Assembly (NCBI GenBank): GCA_965222225.1
Contig: CBDCTK010000002.1
Coordinates: forward strand, 2,336,001-2,400,000
Direction of reading: 5' to 3'
Source: Candidatus Poribacteria bacterium
Lineage (GTDB): Bacteria; Poribacteria; WGA-4E; JAJDTR01
Length of the DNA stretch: 64,000 nt
This document shows positions 33,272 to 44,000 of this stretch, piece by piece. Made by a program: the position numbers and the translations under genes. Position 1 is the first letter of the stretch. Each line of letters begins with the position of its first letter. The notes under the pieces were generated by a model. It did no database searches and was not told the DNA's origin. It worked only from the letters and a program-made list of their open reading frames with translations.

Positions 33272-33628
33272 GTGCTTAGCGGTAAATTTGACGTTCAGAT
33301 ACGGGAAGAGGATGGTTACGCCGTCATTCAAACGGAGGGTTATTTGAATGGTCCCAGGGGCGAGAGTCTTGCCGAAACGGCGAAAAACCTCATGCAGAAG
33401 GGATATACCAGATTTGTCATCAACCTCGCCGAGACAAAACTCATCAACAGCATCGGCATCTCCATCCTGATTGAAATTATCGAACTGCTCGAAGAGCGCG
33501 AGGGAATTCTAAACTTCTGCGGCTTGACGCCGACAATTGAGCACACATTCCAGCTGGTGGCGTTGGCGAGGTATGCTGGAATCTTCCCGGACGAAGATTC
33601 GGCAATCGCCGCCCTCAACAGCCCATAG
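33272..33628 (+). CDS. Anti-sigma factor antagonist (STAS, RsbV-like)
   Basis: INSIG phospho-acceptor motif, STAS-domain size. Confidence 0.88.
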   Translation: MLSGKFDVQIREEDGYAVIQTEGYLNGPRGESLAETAKNLMQKGYTRFVINLAETKLINSIGISILIEIIELLEEREGILNFCGLTPTIEHTFQLVALARYAGIFPDEDSAIAALNSP

Positions 33629-33731
33629 ATTTACCCTGAAACCAAGTTTTTTTCTTCCGAAATTGAGGAGAGGAAACCCTGTTCTCCACTCCACCCCATC
33701 AACAGATCTGCCTTGAAAAAGGGGTTAATCC

Positions 33732-35546
33732 ATGCAAGCGCCTTCCGCCGACGAAACCATACAACGACTGATTTTCGGTCTATCGGAGCTTGACGAACTC
33801 GGCGAAACCATCATCTCCGGACACGGCAACTTCAGTGTTTCAAGCAGCACCTATCTACGGATGATTCTGGGGACGCTGCAGGTGACGGGGGGCGCCATCC
33901 TGCTGTTCCGCCCGACCGAGAACACGCTCACCATCAAATCGTCGGTCAATGTGCGCGATGAGTCGCTGGTCATTCGGGTGCCGCCCGATCAGATTCCGGG
34001 GTTCTTGGCACATCCATTCATCGACCTGTCCAACCCTCCGGCGGTTCTCCAACCGTTCTTGGAGCAAATCCAATCCCATTTAGATTCGCTTGATGCCCGG
34101 ATTTGGTTCCCGTTAAGGATTCGCGATGAATTTCTGGGCGTAATTAGTCTTGGGGCATTCTTTGATGCGGACAAGATAGAGGATTGGAATCGGGAACTCC
34201 TAAACGTGTTCGCCAACCACACCTCTATTGCAATCGCCTACTCGCAACTGCTGATCAGGAGCCGTGCCGAACGGTTTCGGCTCTTCATGCTCTCCGATAC
34301 CGCGACCCAAATCTGCAAATCACTGGACACGGAGGCGGTGCAGGAGGAAGTGGTGACGCATGTAGTCTCGCTTTTGGACGCAAACGCCGGGGAACTGCTG
34401 CGCATCAATCCGACCACGCAGCGTCTGGAAATGAAATCCCTGTTCAGTCTTGAGTCCCAAGCCAATGCTGAACTCAGAAACCTGTCAATTCCGCTAAAGA
34501 CAGATGAGGAATCGCATCCGACGCTGTCGATGTTGTCTGAAGTTGCGACACAGGAGGGGAAACCGCTAATCTGGAACGATGAAGACAAGGCAGCAATCCT
34601 TGGACACAGAAACCTCATCGCGGTGCCGATGCGTGGACGCGAGGAAATACTCGGCGTCTTGGTCGTCGCCGACAAGGTAGGCAGGAGCGGCGTCACGCTC
34701 GATTTTACCGACGGGGACAGGATTCTGCTTGAAGCCTTCGCCAATCAGGCGGGGGTCGCCATTGAAAACGCCTACCTTTATCAAGAGGCGCTGGAGGCGC
34801 GCCAATTGCAAGCGGAGATGGCGGAGGCGGAGAAAATCCAGCAAAATCTGATTCCCGACACGCTACCCGAGATTCCCGGCTATGAGGCGACCGGGCTTTA
34901 TCAACCCCGCGGCGGCGTCGGAGGCGACTATTACGATTGCATTCCTGAATCAAACGGCATGTGGGGACTCGTCATCGCCGATGTCTCCGGCAAGGGGATG
35001 CAGGCGGCGCTGCTGATGGCAACCCTGCGAGCCGGGGTGCGTTCCGAGGCGACGCGGAAAACGGATTTGCCGAGCATGGCGTTAATCCTCAACTCACTGC
35101 TGAATGCCAGCGGCACCTTCGGCAAATTTGCGACCTTCTTCTATGCTCAGTTACAGACCGAAACCGATCAGGTGACCTCCATCAACGCCGGCCACAACGA
35201 CCCGATGGTCATTCGGAGCGATGGAAGTTGTGAATCGCTGAAAAAAGGCGGGGTGATGCTCGGGATATTCCCCGACGACATGATCGCAAAAATGCCGCCA
35301 TTCGAGCAGGAAACCACGCAACTCGCCAGTGGGGACATCATTCTGTTCTACACCGACGGAGTCACCGAAACCACGAATATCCACGACGAATTTTACGGAG
35401 AGACTCGGTTGCAAGCGACCGTGACACGCCTTCGAAATGAAAGCGCCGATACAATATGCCAATCCATATACAATGAGGTCATCGAATTTCAGGGCGAAGC
35501 CGAGCAGTACGACGACCTGACGCTAATGGTTCTCAAGAAAAAATAA
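33732..35546 (+). CDS. GAF-GAF-SpoIIE (PP2C) phosphatase, RsbU-like
   Basis: VGGDYYD, ADVSGKG, NAGH, YTDGVTE, DDLT; two GAF-like domains. Confidence 0.92.
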   Translation: MQAPSADETIQRLIFGLSELDELGETIISGHGNFSVSSSTYLRMILGTLQVTGGAILLFRPTENTLTIKSSVNVRDESLVIRVPPDQIPGFLAHPFIDLSNPPAVLQPFLEQIQSHLDSLDARIWFPLRIRDEFLGVISLGAFFDADKIEDWNRELLNVFANHTSIAIAYSQLLIRSRAERFRLFMLSDTATQICKSLDTEAVQEEVVTHVVSLLDANAGELLRINPTTQRLEMKSLFSLESQANAELRNLSIPLKTDEESHPTLSMLSEVATQEGKPLIWNDEDKAAILGHRNLIAVPMRGREEILGVLVVADKVGRSGVTLDFTDGDRILLEAFANQAGVAIENAYLYQEALEARQLQAEMAEAEKIQQNLIPDTLPEIPGYEATGLYQPRGGVGGDYYDCIPESNGMWGLVIADVSGKGMQAALLMATLRAGVRSEATRKTDLPSMALILNSLLNASGTFGKFATFFYAQLQTETDQVTSINAGHNDPMVIRSDGSCESLKKGGVMLGIFPDDMIAKMPPFEQETTQLASGDIILFYTDGVTETTNIHDEFYGETRLQATVTRLRNESADTICQSIYNEVIEFQGEAEQYDDLTLMVLKKK

Positions 35547-35550
35547 TCTT

Positions 35551-35775
35551 GTAGGGTGCGATCAACCGAGCGATTAGTTGTAGGGTGGGCACTGCCCACC
35601 ATCTCCTTTTGAGCAGGTTGCTTGTTAGGTGAGATCTGCGATCGTCAAATCACCGATTCTCCCCCTTACCGCCCACCATTTCTCTTGTAGGGTGCGATCA
35701 ACCGACTGATTAAGGAGGGCGATAGAGATCCACTGCGATCAAAGGAATGAATAATGACTGCGATAGAAAATCCTA
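35551..35775 (+). repeat. REPs plus a GA-hairpin cluster
   Basis: Full copies at 35696 and 35737; REP at 35580. Confidence 0.9.
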
Positions 35776-35842
35776 CCAGCCTTTTATTGTAGGCTGGGTA
35801 TCGCCTTCCAATCGAACCTCGCAATATCAAAAACATAAATAT

Positions 35843-36769
35843 ATGAATACACCACACACAACCACCCCAAACAAAATCAAACCCTCCTTCTCCGGTCACG
35901 AAACCTTCCCGTTTCGCTACACCTGGCTGAAGAAAGGCGTCGACGCCGTGATGGACGACCCAGCCGTTTTCACTAGCGACCGATCAACAATCACCCTCGG
36001 CGTCGGGAAAAACATGGTGCGCTCCATCCGCCACTGGTGCAACACAGCCGGGCTCATTCAAGCGGGGGACGATCGCACCCGATTAGAGCCGACCAACCTC
36101 GGAAGAGCCATCTTTGCCGATGACGGATTCGACCCGTACCTTGAGGACAGTGCAACCCTGTGGCTCATCCACGCGCAGCTTGCGGCAAACGCCAACCGAG
36201 CGACCACATGGTACTGGGCGTTCGGGTTCTTCAATCAGAGCGAGTTTAGAAAGGAGAGATTCACCTCCGAATTGCTCAATTGGACTGAAAAAACCGGATT
36301 GAAGCGAACCTCGGACAATTCGATTAACCGGGATGTCGATTGTTTTCTTCGGACGTACGTCCCCTCCCGCATGACGAAGGGTACGATGATAGAGGATTCC
36401 TTCAACTGTCCGCTCGTGGAATTGGGCCTTATCTCCGATTCATCCGACGGATTCACCTACCAATTCCACCGTGGAGCCAAACCTTCACTGCCGACTCCGG
36501 TTTTCGCCGCCGCTCTGTCCCGATTTTGGGGGTCCCACAATTCATCAAGAAACTCACTCGCATTGGCGGAAATCGCTTATTCACTGGAAAGTCCGGGACA
36601 AATTTTTAAGCTAGACGAGGACTCCGTCGTCGGTTATCTTGAGGAGCTCGAAAATCTAACGGATGGCGCCCTACGCTACGACGAAACGACGGGACTCAAA
36701 CAAGTGTACCGGGATGGAGGCATTGACGAAATCGAGCTACTTCGCAACTATTATAGACAATCCTCGTGA
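35843..36769 (+). CDS. sspB: DUF4007 family protein (SspB-like)
   Basis: FSGHETF..R..WLKKG, LGVGKNMVRSIRHW, DPYLED..TLWLIH, CPLVELGLI; the annotated 5' extension is repeat-derived. Confidence 0.85.
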   Translation: MNTPHTTTPNKIKPSFSGHETFPFRYTWLKKGVDAVMDDPAVFTSDRSTITLGVGKNMVRSIRHWCNTAGLIQAGDDRTRLEPTNLGRAIFADDGFDPYLEDSATLWLIHAQLAANANRATTWYWAFGFFNQSEFRKERFTSELLNWTEKTGLKRTSDNSINRDVDCFLRTYVPSRMTKGTMIEDSFNCPLVELGLISDSSDGFTYQFHRGAKPSLPTPVFAAALSRFWGSHNSSRNSLALAEIAYSLESPGQIFKLDEDSVVGYLEELENLTDGALRYDETTGLKQVYRDGGIDEIELLRNYYRQSS

Positions 36770-36783
36770 CAGCTGTAGAGTGA

Positions 36784-36973
36784 GATCAGGCGACTGAATA
36801 AGGATCAAACGAGTGGATAGCGAGTGCGATAGCTAATCCCGCGCGATAGCGTTCCCATAGAAATCCCATAGAAATTCCGTGAATCCCAACACCTGTAGGA
36901 GCGATCAACCGACCGATCAACTGAGTGGATAACGAAGGATCAAGCGAATGAATAATGAGTGCGATAGAGATCT
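36784..36973 (+). repeat. Cluster of covarying GA-hairpin elements with tandem tails
   Basis: Full copies at 36803 and 36938; atagcgttccc atagaaatccc atagaaattcc. Confidence 0.9.
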
Positions 36974-37427
36974 TCACAGGTTGCATAGCATCAGAAACCG
37001 CTGCCGACTTTTTTAATCGTCAACCAAAAAGCCCAGATGGTTACAATCTCTTCCCCTCTTCTTCAACGCTCGATCAACATCGTCTGTTATCCCGCTTAAA
37101 TGTACAAAGTCGAGCTCAGAATCCGTTTGGAAAATAGGTGGCAAAAGTATCTTTGATTGTTTGAGGAAGCACTTTGTCGCGTTTCTGTCGTCACCCGTCA
37201 TATTTCTGTCGCCCCGCTGGGGCTTAAGTACATGGGAATTAGGCGTTACTATACATCTTTCGCACCGCTGGTGCTTTCAGTAGTAGGGCGGATCGGAAAT
37301 CATCAAATCCCCGATTTCCCCTCTTATTGCCCACCATCTCTCAACAACGCATTGGTAGTAGAGGGCAACAATCGTTGCCCCTGCTGTTGTACGTACGAAT
37401 CCAACGCCCGTCGGACTGGATCAACGG

Positions 37428-38561
37428 TTACGCCTCGCCGAAGTAGCCGTATCCGGGCATCAGATGTTCCCTCGCAACCTCTTCGTTCAGTTCAACCCCT
37501 AATCCCGGCTGGTCGGGCACCACAAAAGCGTTATCCTGAATGAGCGGTTCCTTGGAAACCGCCAAATCCCATCGCCACGCCACCTGATCCGCGTGATACG
37601 GGAGTTCCATGACGATGAAATTCCGTACCGCGGCACAAACGTGCGCCGACGCTGTCATCCCGATCGGCGATGTGATATTGTGTGCGGCAAACGGCATATA
37701 ATACAAATCCGCCAGATCCGCAATCCTCTTTGCCTCCAGTATCCCTCCCGTTCCGGACACATCGACGTGAAGCATGTCGCAAGCCTGTGTCTGGATCAGA
37801 TCTCTGAAACCGTCTCGACGAAACAAAAACTCACCGGTACAGATTGGGATAGAAGTCGCGGCGCTTACCTTCGCCATCGCTTCGACATTATCGTTCGGCA
37901 CAGGGTCCTCCAAAAACATCAAATTGAACGGCTCCAAACATTCGGCAAGTTTCATAGCCGCGTGCACGCTGAATAGACTATGACAGTCGATGCTGATATC
38001 GATCTCATCGCCGACCGCCTCTCGCGCGGCGGCAACTAACGATGTCATTTTTCTCAACTCCGCCGAACTCAATTCCCGATTGACCGCATCCTGCTTGAGT
38101 TCGTTTGCGGAGTTATCAATGTCAAACTTGATCGCTTGGTAGCCGTCTTGGACACCTTCTCGCGCTCGCTGCGCCCAACCCTCCGGCGTGTTTCCCTCTC
38201 CATGCCCAACATCGGCATAGAGTCGAATACGCTCCCGATACCTCCCGCCCAACAACTGATAGACCGGCACGCCGAGGCTTTTTCCAAGCAAATCCCACAA
38301 CGCGGTTTCTATCCCGCCGATAGCCGATAAACCCCTCCCATATCGGTTGTTCACGGAACCAATCAGCCGGTTGTACAACGGCTCTATATTTCTCGGATCC
38401 GTTCCAACGAGCGTATTCCTGAATTGCAGGATAATTTCGGCGATTCCCGCCCCGGGATGCGCCTCTCCCAACCCCGTCAATCCCTCGTCGGTCTCAATCC
38501 GAACGTAGTTCCACTGTTTGTACCCTTTTAACGTCAAAGCCTTCACATCGGTAATTTTCAC
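37428..38561 (-). CDS. Mandelate racemase/muconate lactonizing enzyme (galactonate dehydratase-like)
   Basis: GTG start after GGAGGAGAGG; ETALWDL, KFD, DCH, LEDP, GE. Confidence 0.9.
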   Translation of the reverse strand: MKITDVKALTLKGYKQWNYVRIETDEGLTGLGEAHPGAGIAEIILQFRNTLVGTDPRNIEPLYNRLIGSVNNRYGRGLSAIGGIETALWDLLGKSLGVPVYQLLGGRYRERIRLYADVGHGEGNTPEGWAQRAREGVQDGYQAIKFDIDNSANELKQDAVNRELSSAELRKMTSLVAAAREAVGDEIDISIDCHSLFSVHAAMKLAECLEPFNLMFLEDPVPNDNVEAMAKVSAATSIPICTGEFLFRRDGFRDLIQTQACDMLHVDVSGTGGILEAKRIADLADLYYMPFAAHNITSPIGMTASAHVCAAVRNFIVMELPYHADQVAWRWDLAVSKEPLIQDNAFVVPDQPGLGVELNEEVAREHLMPGYGYFGEA

Positions 38562-38668
38562 GCCTCTCCTCCTACAATATACTCGGTCAAAAAGTTCTGT
38601 TAGTGTTGCGTATGTCAAGGATTCATGATAGCATTTCTCCCTGAGATCATGCAACATATGTAACGTGG

Positions 38669-38990
38669 GATCAAGCGACTGAATAGGGAGCGCGATAGTC
38701 TTCCTGTAGGGTGGACACTGCCCACCAGCCTTTGAAAACGCCAGCGGCGATCAAGCGACCAAATAGCGAGTAGGATTTTCTATCGCCCTCCCTATCCGGT
38801 CAGTTAATCGATAGAGATCCCAAGGCGATAGTCCTCCTGTAGGGTGCGATCAAAGGAATGAATAATGACTGCGATAGAGATCCCCTGCGCACCATCCTTT
38901 GAAAACGCCAGCGGCGATCAAGCGAGAGAATAGCGAGTAGGATTTCCTATCGCCCTCCCTATCCGGTCGGTTGATCGATAGAGATTCCCT
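38669..38990. repeat. Tandemly duplicated REP plus hairpin composite (forward and reverse copies)
   Basis: Two similar units; the REP is intact in the first and carries a hairpin insertion in the second. Confidence 0.9.
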
Positions 38991-39007
38991 CAACCAAGGA
39001 ACAAGCT

Positions 39008-40069
39008 ATGACACAAGAGAAACGAAAATGGCGAGTGGCAATTGCCGGTTGTCACCGCATGGTCACACGAACCCCCGGCAGCCATAACTTTGCCGCCGCC
39101 TTCTATTCGGTGCCAGAAGTCCAAGTCGTCGGCGTTTTCGATTTCGGTGCAGAGACCCGCGCCGAGTTTGTGACGTGCTGGCGAGATGCGTGGGGCGAGG
39201 TGACAACCTACGACGATTACGAACGCATGCTGTCCGAGATTCGCCCCGATCTACTATGCATCGCCACCCGCCAAACCATGCACGCCGACCAGATTGAACT
39301 CGCAGTCCAATCAGGCGTCCGCGGAATCCTTTGCGACAAACCCCTCGCCACCAGCCTCGAAGAACTCGATCGAATCAGCGCCGTCTGCCAAGATGTGCCG
39401 CTGCTATTCGCCCTCGATCGACGCTGGTACGCCCGCTACCGCTTTTTGAGGGGGCAGTTGGCTGACGGAATCATCGGTCCCGTTACCAGCATTACCGCCT
39501 ACGGGTTGTCGAACTTGATTAACCACGGCTGCCACTGGTACGATACACTACTCGCGTTAGCCGGTGACGTCGCGCCCGAATGGGTGAGCGGATTCGTTGA
39601 GGACATATCCGGCGAGCCGACGGAATCACGCAAACGGTTAGACCCCTCCGGCAGAGCCCAGATCGGATTATCGAACGGCGTTGTCCTTTACATTACCGCA
39701 GATGGTCGGCATCAAGGCCCCGGCCTGCCCATGAGTTTTGAGGTCGTTGGAGAGAACGGACGCCTTTTCCTGCTAAACGATGCGACGGAAAGTTTCGTCT
39801 GGCACGAGAACGAACCCTCGAATATCCAGCGATTGGAGCTACCCCAAGAAACCGAGCCTTGGCCCGCGGGGCGTGCCATGGTAGAAGACCTAATCAACGC
39901 CGTACACAGCGGCGGGAGGACTGCCTGCGATATAAGAGAGGCGTTCCCAGCCACAGAGATTGGCTTTGCCATTCACCTCTCGGCGAAGCAACAGGGCGCC
40001 CAAATCCAACTCCCCGCAGAAACCAGATCCCTCCAAATCAAGTCGTTTGAGTGGGGATCAACCGAATGA
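39008..40069 (+). CDS. Gfo/Idh/MocA family oxidoreductase
   Basis: VAIAGC, CDKPLA, NHGCHWYD; stop comes from a hairpin element. Confidence 0.9.
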   Translation: MTQEKRKWRVAIAGCHRMVTRTPGSHNFAAAFYSVPEVQVVGVFDFGAETRAEFVTCWRDAWGEVTTYDDYERMLSEIRPDLLCIATRQTMHADQIELAVQSGVRGILCDKPLATSLEELDRISAVCQDVPLLFALDRRWYARYRFLRGQLADGIIGPVTSITAYGLSNLINHGCHWYDTLLALAGDVAPEWVSGFVEDISGEPTESRKRLDPSGRAQIGLSNGVVLYITADGRHQGPGLPMSFEVVGENGRLFLLNDATESFVWHENEPSNIQRLELPQETEPWPAGRAMVEDLINAVHSGGRTACDIREAFPATEIGFAIHLSAKQQGAQIQLPAETRSLQIKSFEWGSTE

Positions 40070-40256
40070 ATAATGAGGGCGATAGAAATCCCCTCAACTG
40101 AGTGAATAGCGACTGCGATAGAAATCCTGCACCGCTTCCTGTAGGGTGCGCACTGCGATCAAGCGAATGAATAATGAGCGCGATAGAGATCTTACCAGCC
40201 TTTGAGAGTCCCAGCGGGGATCAAGCGAATGAAGAATGAGTGCGATAGAAATCCTG
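40056..40256 (+). repeat. Cluster of covarying GA-hairpin elements
   Basis: Full copies at 40056, 40157 and 40219. Confidence 0.9.
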
Positions 40257-40386
40257 CACCATTTCTTGTTAGGATGCGACCAACGATTATCAAATCCCCG
40301 ATTTCCCCTTTTATTGCCCACCATCTCTCGACTACACATTGACACCTGACCATTACGCGAGAATCCGCCCCCGATCGGAGAAAAAC

Positions 40387-41010
40387 ATGTTATACTACCT
40401 GCGCCGCTCCACGCCGTTCATCGTCCTATACACCCTTGGAGTTGCGCTGATCGGGCACACGACAGGCACCACCCCTGTGGTGAACATCCCCGACGCCAAT
40501 CTCCGGGTACTGCTTGAGATAGCGCTTGACAAGCCCGATGGCGCCGCGATCACAGCCGCCGACATGGCGACTTTGACGGACTTCTCAGCGGCTAGGGGGC
40601 GGATTCGCGATCTGACCGGTCTTGAGTTTGCTGTCAATCTCATAGACCTATCCCTTCGCGAAAACCAAATTTCCGACCTATTACCATTGGCGGGATTAAC
40701 GAATCTGAAAGCCCTTGACCTTGGCGACAACCCATTAGTTGACCTATCTCCCCTCGCGGGATTAACAAAACTTGAATTTCTGGATATCCCCAGATGCGGA
40801 ATATCCGACCTGTCGCCGTTGGGAGGGTTAATGAATCTGGAAAGACTAGGACTTGTGGACAACCGTGTATCTGACGTATCGCCCCTCGTCGAATTAACCG
40901 GTCTGAAAGAGCTGGATCTGCGATCGAACACCCTGAACCCGAAAACAGTCACTACAGACATCCCACGCCTTGAAGCCAATGGTGTGTATGTAGAGCATTC
41001 GAGTAGATGA
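40387..41010 (+). CDS. Secreted internalin-like leucine-rich repeat protein
   Basis: IPDANLR cap, repeated N.ISDLSPLAGLTNL..L.L units, N-terminal hydrophobic segment. Confidence 0.9.
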   Translation: MLYYLRRSTPFIVLYTLGVALIGHTTGTTPVVNIPDANLRVLLEIALDKPDGAAITAADMATLTDFSAARGRIRDLTGLEFAVNLIDLSLRENQISDLLPLAGLTNLKALDLGDNPLVDLSPLAGLTKLEFLDIPRCGISDLSPLGGLMNLERLGLVDNRVSDVSPLVELTGLKELDLRSNTLNPKTVTTDIPRLEANGVYVEHSSR

Positions 41011-41086
41011 ATCCTGATGATTCGAAAATAACGTCAGCCCGTGAGGACGGCAATCTCTAGACATAGCTTGAAACGAGTTAGAATCC

Positions 41087-44000
41087 ATGACTAAAGAAAT
41101 CCCACTTTCCGCAATCTTCCACGTGAGTAGTCGCTTCCGCCGATCAGTTCATCTAGAACGCGATTTCTATGCGGAGAACTCGCTGGATGGCTATGTCGTA
41201 ACCGTCACCGCACGCGAAACGCTGCGGCGTCTGATTTCCGCACTTGAAAACCCCTCGGCGTCGAAGGCCTGGTCCCTCACCGGCCCCTACGGCTCTGGAA
41301 AATCTGCGTTCGCGCTTTTTGCCGCGAAACTCGTAGGAAATCCCGAATCGCCGGATACGAAGCAAGCTTTGAATCTACTGGAACGCGGGGATGAGGCCTT
41401 ATGGAATCAGTTTGTCGGCGTGTGTACTAGCCGGCCAAAGGAAAGAGGTTTCTGTCCCGTCCTCATCTCCGGAGAACGCGCACCAATTACCATCGCCTTA
41501 CTGCGTGGATTGGCAGGCGGTCTCACCGCTTTCGGTAGCGGCTCAGAGTTTGTTCCGCTCATCAAGGCAATCGAAAGACGATTGGGGAGCGCAACACCTG
41601 AAAGTCCTCCCTACGCTTCTGAAATCACAGGTTTTTTTGAAACCGCGACTCATCAGATTGGTGAAATTGGCGGCGCTGGGCTAATATTGGTCGTTGATGA
41701 GCTTGGGAAGTTCCTTGAATATGCCGCACAACACCCGTCGCAGGGGGACATGTTCGTCCTACAGAGCCTTGCGGAGTTTGCGGCAAGAAGCGAGGATACA
41801 CCTCTGTTTCTGCTGACGATTCTCCATCAAGCCTTTGAGCAGTACGCACAACGGCTGGGGAAATCCCAACGCGAGGAGTGGGCGAAGGTACAAGGGCGTT
41901 TCGAGGACGTTGCCTTCATGGAGCCGACGGAACAAGTGCTCCGCTTGATTGGGGATGCGATTGAGGCGGATCATCACGTCAATGCGTCAAAGGCTCTAGG
42001 TAAAGCACGAAGCTTTCTCGCCGTTTCGGTTGACCTCGATCTTAAACCGCGCCAACTTACTACGTATAATTTTCTTCAGCTTCTTGAAAACTGTTTACCC
42101 CTTCACCCAACAGTGGCGCTAATTGTGGGATCGCTTTTTCGCCGATTCGCACAAAATGAACGCTCTCTTTTCGCATTGCTCAATTCCGGCGAACCGCACG
42201 GGCTCCAAGATTTTCTTGCCAACAGTATCTGTAATGGGAATCGTCTACCGCTCTTTTCGCTCCCCGATTTATATGATTATATAAACACCGCATTCGGAAA
42301 TCGACTCTATGGGTCAAGCGATGGCAAAAAGTGGGCGGGAATTGAGTCCGCCATTGCGCGGTTGCCGAACCCGTCACCGATGATGGTGACACTTATCAAA
42401 ACCATCGGTCTGCTCGGCGTCGTCGGAGAGGTGAGCGCAAATCTGAAGGGCTCAACAAATCTACTCCGGTATGCGCTAGACAATGGGACAGAAAACTACT
42501 CTCAAGAATTTGAGAGTGCCCTGTCGGAATTGGAAAAGCGATCGATTGCAATTTACCGCCGCCACAACGGCGCCTACGCCCTTTGGGAGGGAAGCGATAT
42601 TGATATCGAATCGAGGCTGAGCGAGGCAACAGCCCAGCTTGACTCGAATCAGCGATTGGCGCCCACCATCTCGGAAGTGCTTCCACCCCAACCGCTTATT
42701 GCCCGCCGGCATCTCTTCGAGTCCGGCACGTTGCGATACTTCGTTATTCGATACACCGATGTTGAAAGATTTGATGCCGATCTCCAAGAGCCGTTAGGCA
42801 ATGCCGACGGTTTGGTACTCTACGCTCTTCCTGCCAGCGAATTTGAAACCGAGACGCTTGTGAAAAAAGCAACCGAGGTTGCCGATCGAACAGAGGTACT
42901 CATTGCGATTCCCCAATCTATCGATCTCCTACAAGATGCTGTCGCTGAACTCAGGCGTTTGCGGTGGGTTGAGGAAAACACACCTGAACTTGCTGGCGAT
43001 GCAACGGCGCGGCGCGAACTCTCAGCGCGAATTGCAGAGGCAGAACGAACCCTATCTAATCAGTTGTCATCCGTCTTTGGAGCAACTATCGCCGCGCAGG
43101 AAGAAGGAGGATGTACGTGGTACCATGGCAGTCAACCAAAGAAAATCGTCTCAAGACGAGAGCTGAATGAGTATCTTTCGAAAATATGTGATGATGTTTA
43201 CTACGAGACACCAATCCTTCGCAACGAACTCATCAACCAACGCCAGCTCTCTCACTCCGCCTCGCGAGCGCGAAGAATGCTGATTAAGGCAATGCTTGAA
43301 TGCGGGGTCCAAGAAAACCTTGGTATAACCGGCTATCCGCCGGAAAGGAGCGTATATCTCTCTTTACTATCGGATACCGGTATCCACCGTTACGTTTCTG
43401 GTGAATGGGGATTACACCCACCAAAATCCGATCGCAATAACATCTCCTATACTTGGTCAACTATTGAGGCATTTCTTGACGACTGTGAAGTGGAGCGTCA
43501 GCCAGTCTCAGAACTCTATAAACGTTTGGAAGAACCCCCGATTGGTCTGAGAAGTGGTCCCATGCCTATCCTCCTGTGCGCTGTCTTGCTGCATTACGAA
43601 GCGGAAATCGCACTGTACGAAGATGGTTCCTTTATTACGGATATCTCAATACCTGTTTTTGAGAGACTAATCAGGTCGCCGGAGAAATTTGAACTCAAGC
43701 GTTTCCGGATGAGCGGCATTCGATCAGAGGTATTCTCGCAATTCTTGACACTAATATCCAAACCGTCGCCGGAGACAGGGCAGCCAAACCTGCTCGCAGT
43801 CGTCAAACCCCTCGTGCGTTTTGTCACCAAACTGCCGCGTTATACGATGCTCACCCAAGAATTAACACAAGAAGCAATCGAATTTCGGAAAACTATTACC
43901 AGCGCGCGAGAACCCGACGCGCTCCTGTTCGTCCAATTGCCTCAAGCTCTCGGTTTTGATGCTTTTGGCCCCTACGAAGAAATGAATCCGACTACTGTGG

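Noticed and set aside
32804-35546. Partner-switching module as a novel system
   Set aside because: This is a standard RsbW/RsbV/RsbU-like arrangement.
35747-35842. N-terminal ORF extensions and small ORFs built from repeats (35747, 2102, 40094, 51812)
   Set aside because: They are translations of the hairpin element. Its variation follows base-pairing rather than codon position, so it is not a coding repeat.
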